Below are positions 11,701 to 25,018 of a stretch of DNA of 64,000 nucleotides, piece after piece. This stretch comes from Pavona decussata. Taxonomy: Eukaryota. A program made the translations under genes and the position numbers. Position 1 is the first letter of the stretch. Every line of letters starts with the position of its first letter. The stretch lies in assembly GCA_977016875.1 (NCBI GenBank), contig CDRNST010000221.1:124001-188000 (forward strand), written 5' to 3'. Under the pieces are notes generated by a model. That model was not told where the DNA came from. It did not search any database and saw only the letters and a program-made list of their open reading frames with translations.

Positions 11701-14700
11701 GGCAAATTCGTTGATTTTCAAGACTGACAAGACTACCGTGTGTGGCAAGATAAAAGGGAAGCTTCCTCAAGGTATCTTTCCCACAGGAGATTAATTCCAA
11801 GCTGCTTACATTTTCGCTAAAATACTGCAGAACGGTCCTGCAGCTGTTAGGATCCAATACTCCTTGTAACGAATAAGCTCTTGTTTTCATACGTCGTTGA
11901 AGTGATAGAAGAAGAGATCCTGGGTTTGCAAGAGACCCGACAACGCATTTAAGGACAGCCTGTGCATCCCTTAATGCACTCATCATGTGTGCAGTTGAGG
12001 TTAATGGGCTACAAAGAACTGATGTGTTCAGCTCAGGCAGACCCACCTTTTGAAGAGCTTCAACAAGTGGCATTCTTGTAATATCCCATTGTGTGAAGTC
12101 AAGAACTGATTCAGCTAAATCCAAGGGAACCAGGAAATGGACTGTGTCTTGACTTGAATCACTTAAGCCACTCCCTTCTTGCACTTCATTTTTCTCTTTT
12201 GCCGGGAGAATACTCCAATTGGACAAAGGTGCGAGACTAATCCTCCGAATGTAGCTTGACTCTTGATTCCCTAGATGGAATGACATAAGAGGTTTCGCGA
12301 CTTCAGCAAGAAAACTCCAAACTCTGAAGATCCAATGAGGAGTTGGTTCTTGAGCAGTCCCGTCATCTGGGAACCACTTGACGAAGTCACCTTTCTGGTA
12401 ATACAACGGTGGCAGTGTACGGGGCAAATATGTGGCGAAAGCATTAACATCAAACGGTTTGAACACAGATGCCTGACGACTTACTGCATCGTTGAAGATA
12501 TTAGTTCTTAGTTGCTCATGAACAAACATCTCCTTACATTTTGGCAAAATGTCGTGGTATCCAGACAAGAACTTTCGATCTACACGATCAAATGCACGAA
12601 GTACATTGTCTTGTGTGAGAAGTAGCGGCAGACCAGGTAAATTCTTTACAAACTCTTTCTGACGTTTGCAGTAGCTAAGCACAAGTGCAACGCCAGCATC
12701 GCTCTTAAATGGAGTGTCGTGGACATTAGCCGGAATAGATCCAATGCTACAAAGAGAATCTTTACTTCTGAAGGTCTTCAAAAATTCCATTACCGATGAA
12801 GGTGATACGCAACAGGAATACACATCACACTGATGCAATGCGCGGAAGACAGATAACGAAAACTTTACAAGGTTAAATCCCGTTTCAATCAGGATTTCTG
12901 ACAAGGAAATCTTTAAATCTGTCTCAAGATTATTAAAGAACGCCTGGTCTTTTCCTAAGCCAGTTGGTGGAAGCCATGACAAGTTAGCTTTATTCGAACA
13001 AGCTGAACCTCTGGGTGCTCTTCGCAACACTGGAAGAAGACGCATTTGCTTTTCGTTCATTCCCTGATACACAGATCGTACTAGCGTATTCCAATAAGAA
13101 TCGGTCGCAAGAACTTGTGGAAACAGCTTCTCATAATCTTCAACTCTTATGACCAATTCTTGTTCGCAGCAGCTTGGATGTTCTGGTTCAGAGCCTTGCA
13201 ACACTGGCAGCTGATAGTAATTCCTTACCTCGTCCAAAAGTCTTAGATAGCAAGATGCTATCACATCACTCAGCAAAGCGTTGTTCCAGTCAGTACGATA
13301 ACCTCCAGTTTCGTCCTTCCACAAATTTCGCCTGGCCTCGTGGTCCAATGCAAAGTGACCATTAATGTGAACTGGCAGATCAGTTGTAATTGGAAGCGGT
13401 AAAAAACAATAAGCTTTCTTTTTTCTTTCTGGTGGCTCCCCTCCCTTTGATGTCTTTGTCAAGAGGCAAGCAACACCACCACTGGGAAGCATTCTAAGAT
13501 CGTGACTTCGAAAAGCATTGATAATACTCTTTGTGATGCTGTTCTCAAAACCAAACTGCTGAACGACGAACCAATTCTCTTCATTCCCGGTATTGTCATT
13601 CAACGTCATAACGTAGGAGCAATGCTTTCGCTCAATGTTAGAAGGGAGATGCTCTCCTTCTTTGACCAGTTTTCCAACTTTCTTTGTGTAGCTGGCGAAT
13701 TCGCGTCGTTTAAGTTCATCTTGGTCAGACATCACTGCTTTGACTGAATAGGAGTTTACCACTTTTCCAGTCTCATCAATTTCGCACAATGTTATCTTCT
13801 TCACGTTGTTCACAAAAAGAAGGACTTCAAAGAGCTCACTCTTTAGTGCTTCCATCATTTCACTCACTATCTCCAGCGTAATTGGAGTTTGTGATAACTT
13901 GGAAGCATCGGCCATCTCTTTCGTTCTAAGAGGAAACCGAAACATAGTTGAATTCTGTATTGGAAAATTGTCCTCTAGGTAGCAGGAAAATACATCTGGA
14001 AATGTTTGCTTTAACTCTGTGGTCTCTATGTACTTTCTGCCTGGTTCTTGCGGATTAGCGTCTGGGACGTACTGACAATTTGGATCAAATACGCACAACA
14101 CTTCGCCAATCTCATCACTTTGGGACATGAACGAAGGGACGTCGGTCAAGTGGTAGACAGCATTAAAGCCAACACCATACTGGCCAGTCTTGCTTGGGTC
14201 ATTTTCTTTACTTCCCTCCCCAAGGTGCTGTATGCCTTCAATATCGGCCTCAGTGAAAGGTTTGTTGTTGTAAACGCACAACGCAGGGCCCTGTAGTGGC
14301 TCCCAGCAGGTCTCAAATACTCGCTCCTTAGGATGGTTGCGGGGGTCCTTAATGAAACAAATCTCAGTTGCCTGTGCGTCATCTGCATTCTGAAGAAGTT
14401 CTTTTAGTAGCTCTTTCCCACATGGATAGGCCTTCAGAATCCGTTTTAAGCGATTTGTTAGTTTCTCCTTCTGTCCAAAAGATATTCCAAATGTGTGACG
14501 CCGCAAAGCTTCTTCTCTTCGTGACTTTACTCCTAATGTTGTAGCTGTTGATCGAGGAATCTTGGAATTGACAAACTGAACTCCAGTATTCCCGGAAATC
14601 CAATCACAATCTTTAAAACAAAGTTCCTTCACCGGCTGCATTATTCCTTTAGAGCTTGGAAGATAAATCAAATCCCTCTTCTTCTCAGTTGTTATAGAAA

Positions 14701-17700
14701 ATTTAGATTCCAGCAACGAATCTTCTAATTGCGTTGCCAAATTTACGGCAATTTGAAGAGTTTGCTTGTCCAGTTTTCTTCCTTGAAATTCTTGCATTAT
14801 ACGCTCCAAAGCAAACATGTAGTCGTCTGGTCCGAAGAAGTCTCTCACACCGGCTACTTTCATCAGTGTTGAATACAGCCGAGCCAAATCCTCAGGAATC
14901 TTGTATAAATACGGAGAACAATCAGCGTGTAATTTGAACGCTACTTGATTCCCACACAAAAACTCATCTCCAACGAGAATACAATTCTTCGTTTTCAGAA
15001 AACCAATTATTTCAGCCTCGTTGTCCCCGAGCTCTTCTTGAAGAAATCTGTAAGACGAACTGCATACTGTTCTAACCATTTCCGCATCAGCATGGGCTAG
15101 TCCTGTAGACACTGCCTCATTAAGTTGGGCAATCACATGCTTGACTGTAGCCTTATTTCTGTTTAAATTCAAGAACTCTGCAACTTTCACCGGGATGGAC
15201 AAATTGATTATCGGTTCAGTGCAACAAACTAGATACAACTGATCGGTTAAAAAGCCCTCAACTGAAGATATCAGAACTTGCTGGTTTTCCCCTTGAATTT
15301 CGCTGCCTTTCCAGGTGAGAGGAAAGTTCTGTGGCTTTCCGAGTACCGGGAGAAATTTAGCTTCTGAAATCCTGGTTCGAATCTCAATTGATGGAAGACT
15401 TTGACCTTCACGCTTCAACTTTTTTTCTAAAAAGTCTATCAAATGCTTAGTCCTCTGAATGGCTTCATCGCTCTGATCTCGACTCAGAATGCTTACGCTT
15501 TCTGCCCTTTCTGCCACCTCGGGCCACGAGAGATCATTTGTCAACATTCCAAGTTGCTCGAGCTTTAGTAGTCGTGAAGGATTAAGGAAGGTTTCGTCAG
15601 TGCCATGTGGAAACCTGGCATCTTTGATAGAAAACAGCAGCCCTACTTCTTTTTCTGGAGAGACAAGCTGAGTGGGGCATTTTAGGCTGTAGCCTTGTGG
15701 TGATGCTGGAATGCATGCGTAGCTCTTAATCATGTCATCAAACTCTCCATTTTTGTTGTCCAGTGCGTACAGGACCAATCTGTCTCTCAACTGAGGAGGT
15801 ACCGAGCCGACGTTTGGAAAGAACAATTCGCGAAAAAACCTGTTCTTATTAAAGTTTCCAGATTGGATCGCTGTTTCCAGATCAAAGCTAACAAACGACT
15901 CGTGAATGTCCGCAGGAAGATCAACAACAACCTTATTGCTACCTAGCAGTAACCGAAAAACCTCAAACGCTACATCCCCGATTTCAGTATCCCTGCGAAA
16001 CATTGGATGGAGAAAGACAACCTCGTGGACTCCCACCCAACTGTTTCCATGTGGAAAAAGGGGGAGGCTCTCAGCAACAAGGCGTTCATAAAATGAACAG
16101 GCCAGAGGCTCACAGGCTTTTTCTACTTCACGGGACCTAGGCCACAATGAATGAAACTGATATGTGCCTCCTGGTGCTTGTGTAGCTTGCTTGACATCGT
16201 TAATGAGATCGAGATATGCAGCGCAAACAGAATCTTTCAATAGAACGTTGTTCCAATCTGCTCCGATGCAGACTTTGTCGTCTTCAGTTTTGTCCTTCAA
16301 CCTACGTCTGTTAGAAGCTACTGCAAACGCTCCATTGACGTGTAAAGGGAGACCAGTGTGAATTGGAAGGGGAAGGTAGCAAAATGCACTTCCTGAGGGA
16401 TTTGAGCGACAAACAGGTACTGAAATGGAATCATAATTAAGCGTCAGTTGAACAGCAACTCCACCTGAGGGAAGAAGGCTTTTGTCTTGCTTCGAAAACT
16501 GCATTGCTTCGCCAGTTCCCATGGAAGATGCGACAAGCCACCTCTCTGTATCGGATGGTAGGTGAACTTCGTCTCCGAAGAAATGGGAGCCGTCCACTGT
16601 AACAGTGCTTTGGACGTCGATGGTAATCGCTGACCTCAGTAAAACAGTACTTGAATTCCCGGAATATCCCGCAAACTTGACAGCTTCGGATGAGGCTCTA
16701 AGAAAGTTGCACTGCTTTAAAAGGAACTGATCCTCAGCGCTGAGTTCTTTAGAGACTGTAGATAGGTTGTATGGGGTAGACAACTCTCTTAGCACTACAT
16801 CTTTTGCCAACTTTTTTGTCACATCAAAAATCATGTTAGGTTGTGGATTTCCAGTTGTGTCTTTAGGCAAATGAAAGATGCTTACTCGAAGGACATTCTG
16901 TGTGAAGAGAAGCAGTGATCTGGCCCCACCAATAAACAGCCTCAATAGGTCTTTTACTTGCTTGCAGTCGTAAGGAAGAGGATTGATTTCACTTCGTATG
17001 GCTTGCTCTTTGGTTCTTAGTGGGAAGCGAAACAGTGTCCCATGAAAAGAGTTGTCTTCTTTGTCTAAATGAAGGTCACAATCAAATATACCATTGAACG
17101 GTTTGAACTGATTGCGGAACTTTCGCAGCTTCTTTACATTTTTGTTGGTGTCAATTTTCACTCCCGGTTTGTTTTTGTTCCTGATTGCCTTTCCAAGATA
17201 GAAGGTGTTAGGATCAAAAATCACGAAATAATTTCGGCTAACCAACATGGGAACATCCGTGAGGTTATAAACTGCATTGAAGCCAAGGCCAAACTTGCCA
17301 ATTTTTTCAGTGTCGTGCTCTTTTGTTGCTCCGCTCAATTTTGTCAAGTTCTCAAAATCTTCATTTCGGAATTCCGCATCGTTGTATACCCACAGTGCAG
17401 CACCTTGACATTCTCTCATTCCTTCGTCAATCAGGCAGGTCATGGCATCCTCGTTGGTGCGTTCATCGTACAGAAATCTGACTTCCGTGGCACCTGCGTC
17501 GTCGGCATTCTGAATAAGCTCTTTTGGTACTGCAAATCCATCCTTGTAGTCTTCAAGGAGTCTGTTAAGTCTACGAGTGAGTTTCTCCTCTTGTCCAAAC
17601 TCTTCACCTACTCCTAACTCATCTGGATCTAGCATTGAGTTACTCAAGGGTCGAACGTTAAAAAATTCTGCTGTGCTGTTAGAAACGTCCGGATGGACAA

Positions 17701-19797
17701 AGAAATAAGTTACTTCTTCATCGTCTTTTTCCATTTGTAGCCACTCGCGGTCACAATATACACACTCTTCGACTGAAGCAAGCCTGACAAAAGCATCGCC
17801 TTCCACTTGCGTAGGAATCAGCACTTTTTCTTGAAGTTGAGGGGACAGAGGACCGTCAGAACTCTTTAACTTATTCAGTATGGTTATAGATAACTGCAGG
17901 TCCTTTTCCACGTCAGCAGGTTCAAACGGCGGCTTACTCTTTGCATACTTCTCTTTGATCAAGCTAAGAACCTGAAGCAAAACAGATGCATCACATACTG
18001 CTTCCATGCCAAACGCCAAGAACAGGTCACAGTATTCTTTCATCTCTGCTGGAAGACAGGTAATATACGGTGTGAGGTCAAGAGCAGGCTTTTCAGCAAG
18101 TATGGAAGAGGGGGCTGAAAATCCATCTCCATTCCAAATCCACCTTGAATTCTGAATTTCCTGCAAGGATTTTGCAACATCAGCGTCATCTGCATTGTAG
18201 CAGAGGAAAGAGTAGGTGTCTTTGAGTACTAACATATAACGCGGCTTTTCATCCCTGGTGTAACAGCCCGTAATGACGTTTAAATGCTTCACAACTTCCA
18301 GTCCTTGAGGCGTTTTGTCCCAACCAAAATATCTGGCTAATTGACTGGAAGATTCTACTCCAATTATCGGCCTCACTGTTCCGATGAGATTCACGTTCTC
18401 TTTGCTTGTGACTTCTGTGGGCTTGAAGAAACTGATCTTTTCCTCACCCTCTCCCCAGAAATGAAGACTGCTGGGATAATTTTCGGGTTTTTTCCTCGTT
18501 CCACATACCCAAGGAATTTCTCGAAGCAGTTCTCCGAGTGCTGTTCCAGAAACGGGTTCCTGGAGTTTCCTTGGCTCTCTTTCCAAATAAGTCATAAGTG
18601 CTTCTGACTTCTGCCTCTGTTTCTGCTCTAGCTCCGCTGTCGGCGTGCTGGTGATTTCAGAGATCTTTCTAGCACTTTGGTAAAGGTCTTGGGCGTTGAT
18701 TTCATCCTCGCTTTTCATACCAAGTTTCCTCAGAACTGCAAGAACTGAAAGTTCAGCATACTGCACCCCGGTAGGAAAAACATCTTCATCGGCAAACAAT
18801 CTCCGAATCAAGTCTTTCGTGGGATCAAAAAGCTCCATTGCTCTCACCCGGCCACCCAAGGTCGGAACAAATGGCAGGGCTTTCATCGCATCTTCGAACG
18901 TAGCACTGGCGCCGGCATAAACTTCGTATCTCTTCATCACAAAGGCTATTAGTTGATCTATATCTTCCTCTGGATATTTTTTGTCTTTAACACCAGGGAA
19001 TATCCCATCCAGTAAAAACGTTGTAGGTGTCAGGATTTTAATGTCTAGCAAGCCAACCATCTTCCGTGAGTCTTCATCCTTTATGTCAATGAATTTTCCT
19101 TGAGGAGTCACTGGAAACTCGTGTGCCTTCTCTGGTGCTGCATGAAAGCCCTCCTTCTTTGACACGAAATCCTCTGAGTTGCTGACCGTTTGGAAAAGGG
19201 GAAGGCAAAGAAGAAGAGCCTTTTCTTGAACATCAAGAGATGAAGCCTTCGAAATAAAATTTCGTAAGGAACGTCTGCCATCATTGGTGACTTTATCTAA
19301 TATGATAGCTGAAAGCATTCCATTACCTTTCTCTGTGGAGTATATCGCTATGGCCTTTAAGACACCATGGACAGTTGGTGGGTGAACAAATGTTTTCAGA
19401 ACACCGAGGTTGCGATTCCAGAAGGCTGGGCAGTCTTCCATGACTAGCACTCCCAGCTTTGTCAAAACATCACTTAGATTCTTTTCTAAATAATCGTTAT
19501 CCAATCTTCTGACAACAACTTTAGACTGTTTTCTTAGTCTTGTTAGGGTAACGGGAACTTGCGAGAGGTCGAGCGGAATCAAAGGGAGGTTTTCTAGGCT
19601 AGAGAGATCCTCGTCCGTCACAAAATGTTCTCTCAGGTAGTCCCACACGCTGCTGAGCCATTCTTTTGTTGGATGGTTTAGATTTCTGTCACCAGGGTGC
19701 CACTGAATTCTGTCGCCTTTTGACCAGTCAGAAGGTAACGACTCCAAAAGCAGAGAAGGTATGTCACGGCTGCAGAGGAGTCGTAACTGAGTGCATC
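8720..19797 (-). CDS. SACS: Sacsin-like gene 1, giant 11,078-nt exon: end of sacsin repeat 1, repeats 2 and 3 (HATPase/GHKL modules), J-domain, start of HEPN
   Basis: Acceptor tgtag|GA at 19797 and donor CAG|gtaggt at 8720; FGQEEKLTRRL..ELIQNADDAGA..KIGKFGLGFNAVY and FGQKEKLTNRL..ELLQNADDAQA..KTGQYGVGFNAVY; LPLHVNGAF/LPVHINGHF; KRLFLQWHPEKN; EARRWFRQA..WACFKCHQ. Confidence 0.96.
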
Positions 19798-20989
19798 CTA
19801 CAGGGAAAGTAAACCATTTACGTTGATAGTCGTTTTTGTACTGAAAGCTTAAACAAGGACTCTTTTGGTAGTCACGTTGGATTTTACTTAAAATAAGAAG
19901 CTATCGAAAATGAACGTCTATCGAAGATTTTCTATGCTAGAGAAGTGTAACATGATTTCTAAGAGTTTGCAAATTTCGTTAGCATTGTAATTATCTCGCC
20001 GAGAAAAGGCATAAAATGATTTGACCCCATGTTAGAAATGTGTCACGTCCTCTCACCCCAATAACTGATTGTCAATAAACGTTGCCAAAATAGGTCTAAG
20101 GCATGAACAAGCAGCTTGTGCGAATGGTAAATAATGACGAGCAAGGGGCACAATATATCCCTACCCCTATCCCTTTTACAAGCTTGGTGTATCCAAGGGT
20201 TAACTTTTCATGTATCGAATTTCACGATATATGAAAACGGGCGCCAAATAACAATTGCTTTCTATAAACCTGAGTGATGAGGCATGAGGCGCTCACCACG
20301 AAACTTCAATTTTATACAAAAGAAGTAACACAACTTTGATGTTTTGGAGTTACGGTATAATCGCAAGCGAATAATATTCATACTAAACGCTACAACCGGC
20401 CATTCTCTAATTCAGATAACGATTTAACAAAAAAGGAGACGAAGAACAAAACTTGCAACTAAGATGGGCCTTTCCTATTACTCCTATATACTAAGACTTT
20501 TTTCACGTGTAGAATTAATTTTACTATCTAAACATTAGACAGGGCTATTTTGGTTTGATATGGTTAACGTTTTGAAGTGCTTTAAGGTTAAAGGACAAAA
20601 TGCATTTCACACCACTTTTTATTCCTGTTACTTCTAACTGTACGTAATTGTTCCGAGAAAGCAGAGGCCACAAAGATGGGACTATTCCCTCTGTGTTATG
20701 CTAAAATAATGGCATGCTGCAACGAAAAGGTAATGTCATCCAAGGATATATGAATGAAACACACACGATTCTAAGAAATTTGGAAAATTACGAACAAATT
20801 TTTCCTTGCGGAACACGACTAGGATGAATATTTTAATGCTAGATCCCTCAGCAAGCGTCACCCAAATAAATTCCGCAATGTGATTCTTCATGTTGTTATT
20901 GTGAAAATGAACGTGATTTGACGGTTGCTAATTCGAACTTTAATGTATGCACACTGACACTACTTCTCTTGAATATTTAATTAAGCTTC

Positions 20990-21253
20990 CCATTGGTGAT
21001 AGTGAATTTTCTTTTGTTATTGAAACTATTGTATTTTCGTTTGAATTTAAGTTTAAATAGCTTATGCTGTTGTATTTTTCTTTAGTGTGTACTGTAACCC
21101 TCGGTTAGCGTAGCGAAAATCAATACATATTGCTACACAAATCATTTGATAAATGTCTTTTTTGGTTTTATTTGTTGTTTTATATGTTTTATATGTTTAT
21201 ATGAAACTTGTACATTTAATCTTTTCTCAATAAATCAAATCAAATCAAATCAA
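20990..21253 (+). mobile_element. Probable LINE 3' end remnant with AATAAA and (ATCAA)n tail
   Basis: T-rich tract ending caataaatcaaatcaaatcaaatcaa immediately beside the donor of exon 21257-21840; left boundary approximate. Confidence 0.35.
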
Positions 21254-21256
21254 TAC

Positions 21257-21840
21257 CTTTTCTTGCCACATCTTCTAGTTTTTCTAATGTGTGTTCATCG
21301 ACCTCTTGGTCCAGAATGCGATGCTTTAGACCAGGAAGAAGCTCTGGTGGATGAATTTTTGATGTGATGTAAATGTAATCACCAGCTGAGCTTTTGAAAG
21401 GCACAACGTTTCCATCAGAGACAGGTAAAAGTTCAAGCCCAAGGAGTTCAAAAAAGTTATCATCTTTGAGAACAAACTTGAGAAGGCAAAACTTTTCTTT
21501 TCGTCCTAGGCTACTGTAACAGGATGGTGTGACCTTGAGAATTCGACGCACAAAGGATGGTGTGATCTCGAGCTCTTCGGTGATAGGCGTGTAGAAGCTT
21601 ATGGACTCCAACACATGATTAGGCAAGATGGCGACGTTTTGTTTGGCTTCGAGCAAGACATTCTGAAGAAGCTCCTTTGGATCAAATTCTTCAAGCTTGT
21701 CAAAGATGGCCTCTCCCACGTTAAGCCATTGGCCTCCGTGGACTTGAGTGTATATGACTTGTTTACTGCGCAGCAACTCAAACAAGGGTTGTTGGATTCT
21801 TTTCCATGTTTGTTCAATACTGTTGATATCTGGCCACGCT
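21257..21840 (-). CDS. SACS: Sacsin-like gene 1 internal exon
   Basis: aaacag|A GCG TGG CCA (K-AWPDINS...) through ...VARK G|gtattg; 584 nt, phase 2 in and phase 1 out, consistent with both neighbours; LLGLELLPVSDG motif. Confidence 0.9.
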
Positions 21841-22825
21841 CTGTTTGAGACAAAAACGCCAGCGTAACGATCATTAGTGATTGAAACGTTAAATGTAAAC
21901 GCTATGCGGAGTAAAAATCAAGCTTTCCAGCGTCACTGCCTTGATCGGGGACAAAAACCTATCTTCATGGTAAAGATTCTATCTTTACTTTTTTGCCTAT
22001 AGGATGATAGCCTAGTTCCCTTTTGGTCTGTTTTGTCCGCGAGCGAACTTCCAGATTACTGTCTGCTGGGGTTGCTGATTTGTTGTTGTTGTTCTTGTTG
22101 TTGTCTTGTCTTGTTTTTTGTTTATAGTTACACTGGTTGGCTCGTGGGCATTAGTTTACAGGCATATTGTGCAACAAATTTCCCAATTGGACAAATTGAT
22201 TATCAGAAAACCATGAAAGCCAGTAGACCTCTGTGAAAGATAAACCCAGATTTTAAATCCTAGAATTTGATTTAAACTCCATTCCATGAAGTGACTATTA
22301 CTACTCGACAAGCCCTCCAAATGTAGAATAAAATATTTTAGTTCCTAGCTTCTTCTAACACTTCAGTTCTCCAAGCATACTTACGCGTAATCCGAAAATT
22401 TCTTCACTGCTTCTATACTTTACGTACTAATTCAAAAACAAAAAGAATAGAAAACGAATGGGTTTTTATTTCGCCTCAGCTGCATGATTTGCACTGTTTC
22501 TGACAACAATACCAAGATTAACGTCTTGCTGAACGCTTAATCAGCAAAAGGATTCTTTAGTATCCTTTCAGGTTGCACAGGGAATGAAGAGATAAGGGTA
22601 AAGATACTTTAAGGAGGTCCAGGCCTAAGGAATTCTCCTAGTTGACAAATTCTTGAAAGCAGCAACAGCAAACAAATGAAGAAGGCACAGGGAAAAAATG
22701 GGCGTCAAAATCTTCTTACCCCCCACGCGCTTTCCATAAACTAATTTTTCACTCTTGCTGAGTGCCAGACTTACGCCTTGTACCATGTTTTGGATCCGTC
22801 ACTGATAAGCGATAAAAAAACTTAC

Positions 22826-23807
22826 TTGTAAATTGATTCTGGTTGCACATTAAGGCTCCTGTTGATAATAGCTTCACATATCAAGGTAGCATACGCATTT
22901 GGAACAGCTTCCTCCAACAAACAGTGGTTCCACAACAAGGACTTGTCAGTCAGCTTCTCTCGGTTCTCTTGATCGGCATTTGGCGTTTTGATGTGACGTC
23001 TATTCTGGCTCAGAGCAAAGAATCCGTTCACATGCACTGGTAAGCCTGTCATGCTTTTCTTTTGCACTGGCAAAGGAAGAGCGCAAAACACATGACCTGA
23101 AATGTCGGGCGTTTCAGGGCTGACTCCAGATGGTAGCGCCATGGCTACGCCAACTGAAGGTAAATAGCCGAGGTCTGTATCTGTCAAGAGTTTCTCAAAC
23201 TGTTCTGAGAGGTGACCTCCACAGCAATAACTTGTGACAAGAAAGGAATGCCTCTGCATCTCACCATTCCTCTCTGTCTCAATTGTGAGCGGGTACGTGA
23301 CTGTAACAGGCTCTGGCATGTGTTTACCAGGCTCTACTTTGGCATAGAACTCTTTCCTTTTTCTGCAGGCTAACTGAAGGCTGTCGTCGCTGATTTTAAC
23401 TCGAAAGATTCGTTTTGGGTGCGCCTGTGATTTCTCCCGCACGTAAAGCTCGATAGCTTCTAAATTTCGCAGAAACAAAAGCACCAGATGAGCATCAGCA
23501 ATAAAACTATTAAACAAGCTTTCCACCTTGTCGAAAGAGTACAACGTTTGTGATAATTCAGAGGGGGTGTCACGCAACGGAAAACGAAACAGTGTGCCAT
23601 GGTAACGTCCTGCACCATCGAATTCTTTATCGCTAAATTCAAATAGTCCTTTGTAAGGACGAAACTGATCTGGAATGTCTTCCATGATTTCACGCTGTTT
23701 ATTTAACAGCCACGCGAATCCGGTTCTCCGGATCCCCTCTTCGTTAAAGTGCTGCTCGTGCGGGTCAAGGAACGCAATTCTTGTGTTGCTGAGGATGCTT
23801 GGTAAAT
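22826..23807 (-). CDS. SACS: Sacsin-like gene 1 internal exon (sacsin repeat 1)
   Basis: cctag|AT at 23807 and AA|gtaag at 22826; DLPSILS..FLDPHE..GTLFRFPLR..FCALPLP..LPVHVNGFFAL; 982 nt. Confidence 0.93.
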
Positions 23808-24539
23808 CTAGGATGAAAATGAGTAAGTTATATAACATACAATCCTCTGTTAGGCTAAAAGGTTGGTAAAAAGCACCTGCATTGCCGAATAAAGGATCCA
23901 ATACGCTGAAAAGATCGACGAAAAATCAGAATAGCGTCGAGGAAACCAGAAAGTTATATGAAGTAGTAACAATTGTATAGAAGGCTAAAGAATGTTCCAA
24001 TTTAGTGAAGAATGCTCCATCGTCTTCTGTGTATTAAATCTGGCAAATTTGATTCCACCCTCCCGTGGTTAACGCTTCACTTCCAAGTTCTTATTTCTGC
24101 ACCAACATCTTCAATAGTAAGCACTGATGACTTCACAAATGGTACAGTTTCCAGAAGAAGGCAGTTCGAATCCTCTCTTTTGTCTCACTAACGCTCTTCC
24201 ATAAAGCTTTAAAAGAAATTTAAGGACGGGACTCTTAATACAGATTATCTTTTTTAGAGTTAACTTTGGAAAAAAGAGATTTTAGCAAGGGGTATCGGAA
24301 TCCAAAAATTGGGGTTACAACGCATTTATCAAAGATAGTAAGACAACAAAAGTTTTGAAAAGCTCTATTATAAAAACAATTTATGGCATTTTAGTTCAAA
24401 TTGAAGCTTAATTATCTGTGAAAATGCGTTGTTACCCCCATTTTTGTTATTCCAATAACTCTTGCTAAGATATTCTTCTCGCGCAGAACGAATGCCCAGT
24501 TAACAAAGGATAGCACAGTCCTTATGGCTGAAGGGTTAC

Positions 24540-24687
24540 CTGTCATATGAAACACGGATTTAAAACCCAGGCCAAATCGACCCACTTTCATAGGATCTTT
24601 GACTTTCATACTGTCACTCAGCATTCTAATGCCCCTCCAGTCATTCTTAGAAAACCGGGCGTTGTTGTACGCATAAAGTGCCGGGCC
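24540..24687 (-). CDS. SACS: Sacsin-like gene 1 internal exon (HATPase motifs of repeat 1)
   Basis: cag|GGC CCG at 24687 and ACA G|gtaacc at 24540; GPALYAYNNARF..KVGRFGLGFKSVFHMT. Confidence 0.93.
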
Positions 24688-24973
24688 CTGTTGAGGAATG
24701 AAACCAAGAACTAAATCAGAACTCACTAATAACTCGCCTTCTTCCTACGAAGGGCCTATAGGGTTATGTGCTGCCCAGGAGCCGCTCCAATGGGATCATG
24801 ACAATGGGACGTTTGACCTGGAACGGTGAATCTATTTTCGAAGCACTTTCTGGCACGGGGCAGGATGAAATTCTTCAGGCGAAATGTGAGCAGCGATTAT
24901 AACTTATTTAGATCGAGATAAAAGCAGTGAGGAAATTAATTTTACGAAAAACACGACACTCCTGAGTTTTACA

Positions 24974-25018
24974 ACAGACATGTTTCGGCAGTTGCCTCAT
25001 GAGTGCCATCTTCAGTGT
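24974..25018 (-). ncRNA. Minimal type I hammerhead ribozyme motif (Penelope-associated)
   Basis: Minus strand ACA-CTGAAGA-T-GGCA(ctcatgaggcaac)TGCC-GAAAC-AT-GTC-TGT. Confidence 0.75.

Noticed and set aside
8730-18920. Short antisense and alternate-frame ORFs over the sacsin exon (also 56355-63902)
   Set aside because: Shadow ORFs of a long coding exon with no recognisable motifs.
8699-19747. Treating the 3682-aa ORF as a complete intronless or bacterial gene
   Set aside because: It begins at a non-ATG codon inside an exon; in-phase GT-AG exons supply the N-terminus and the end of HEPN.
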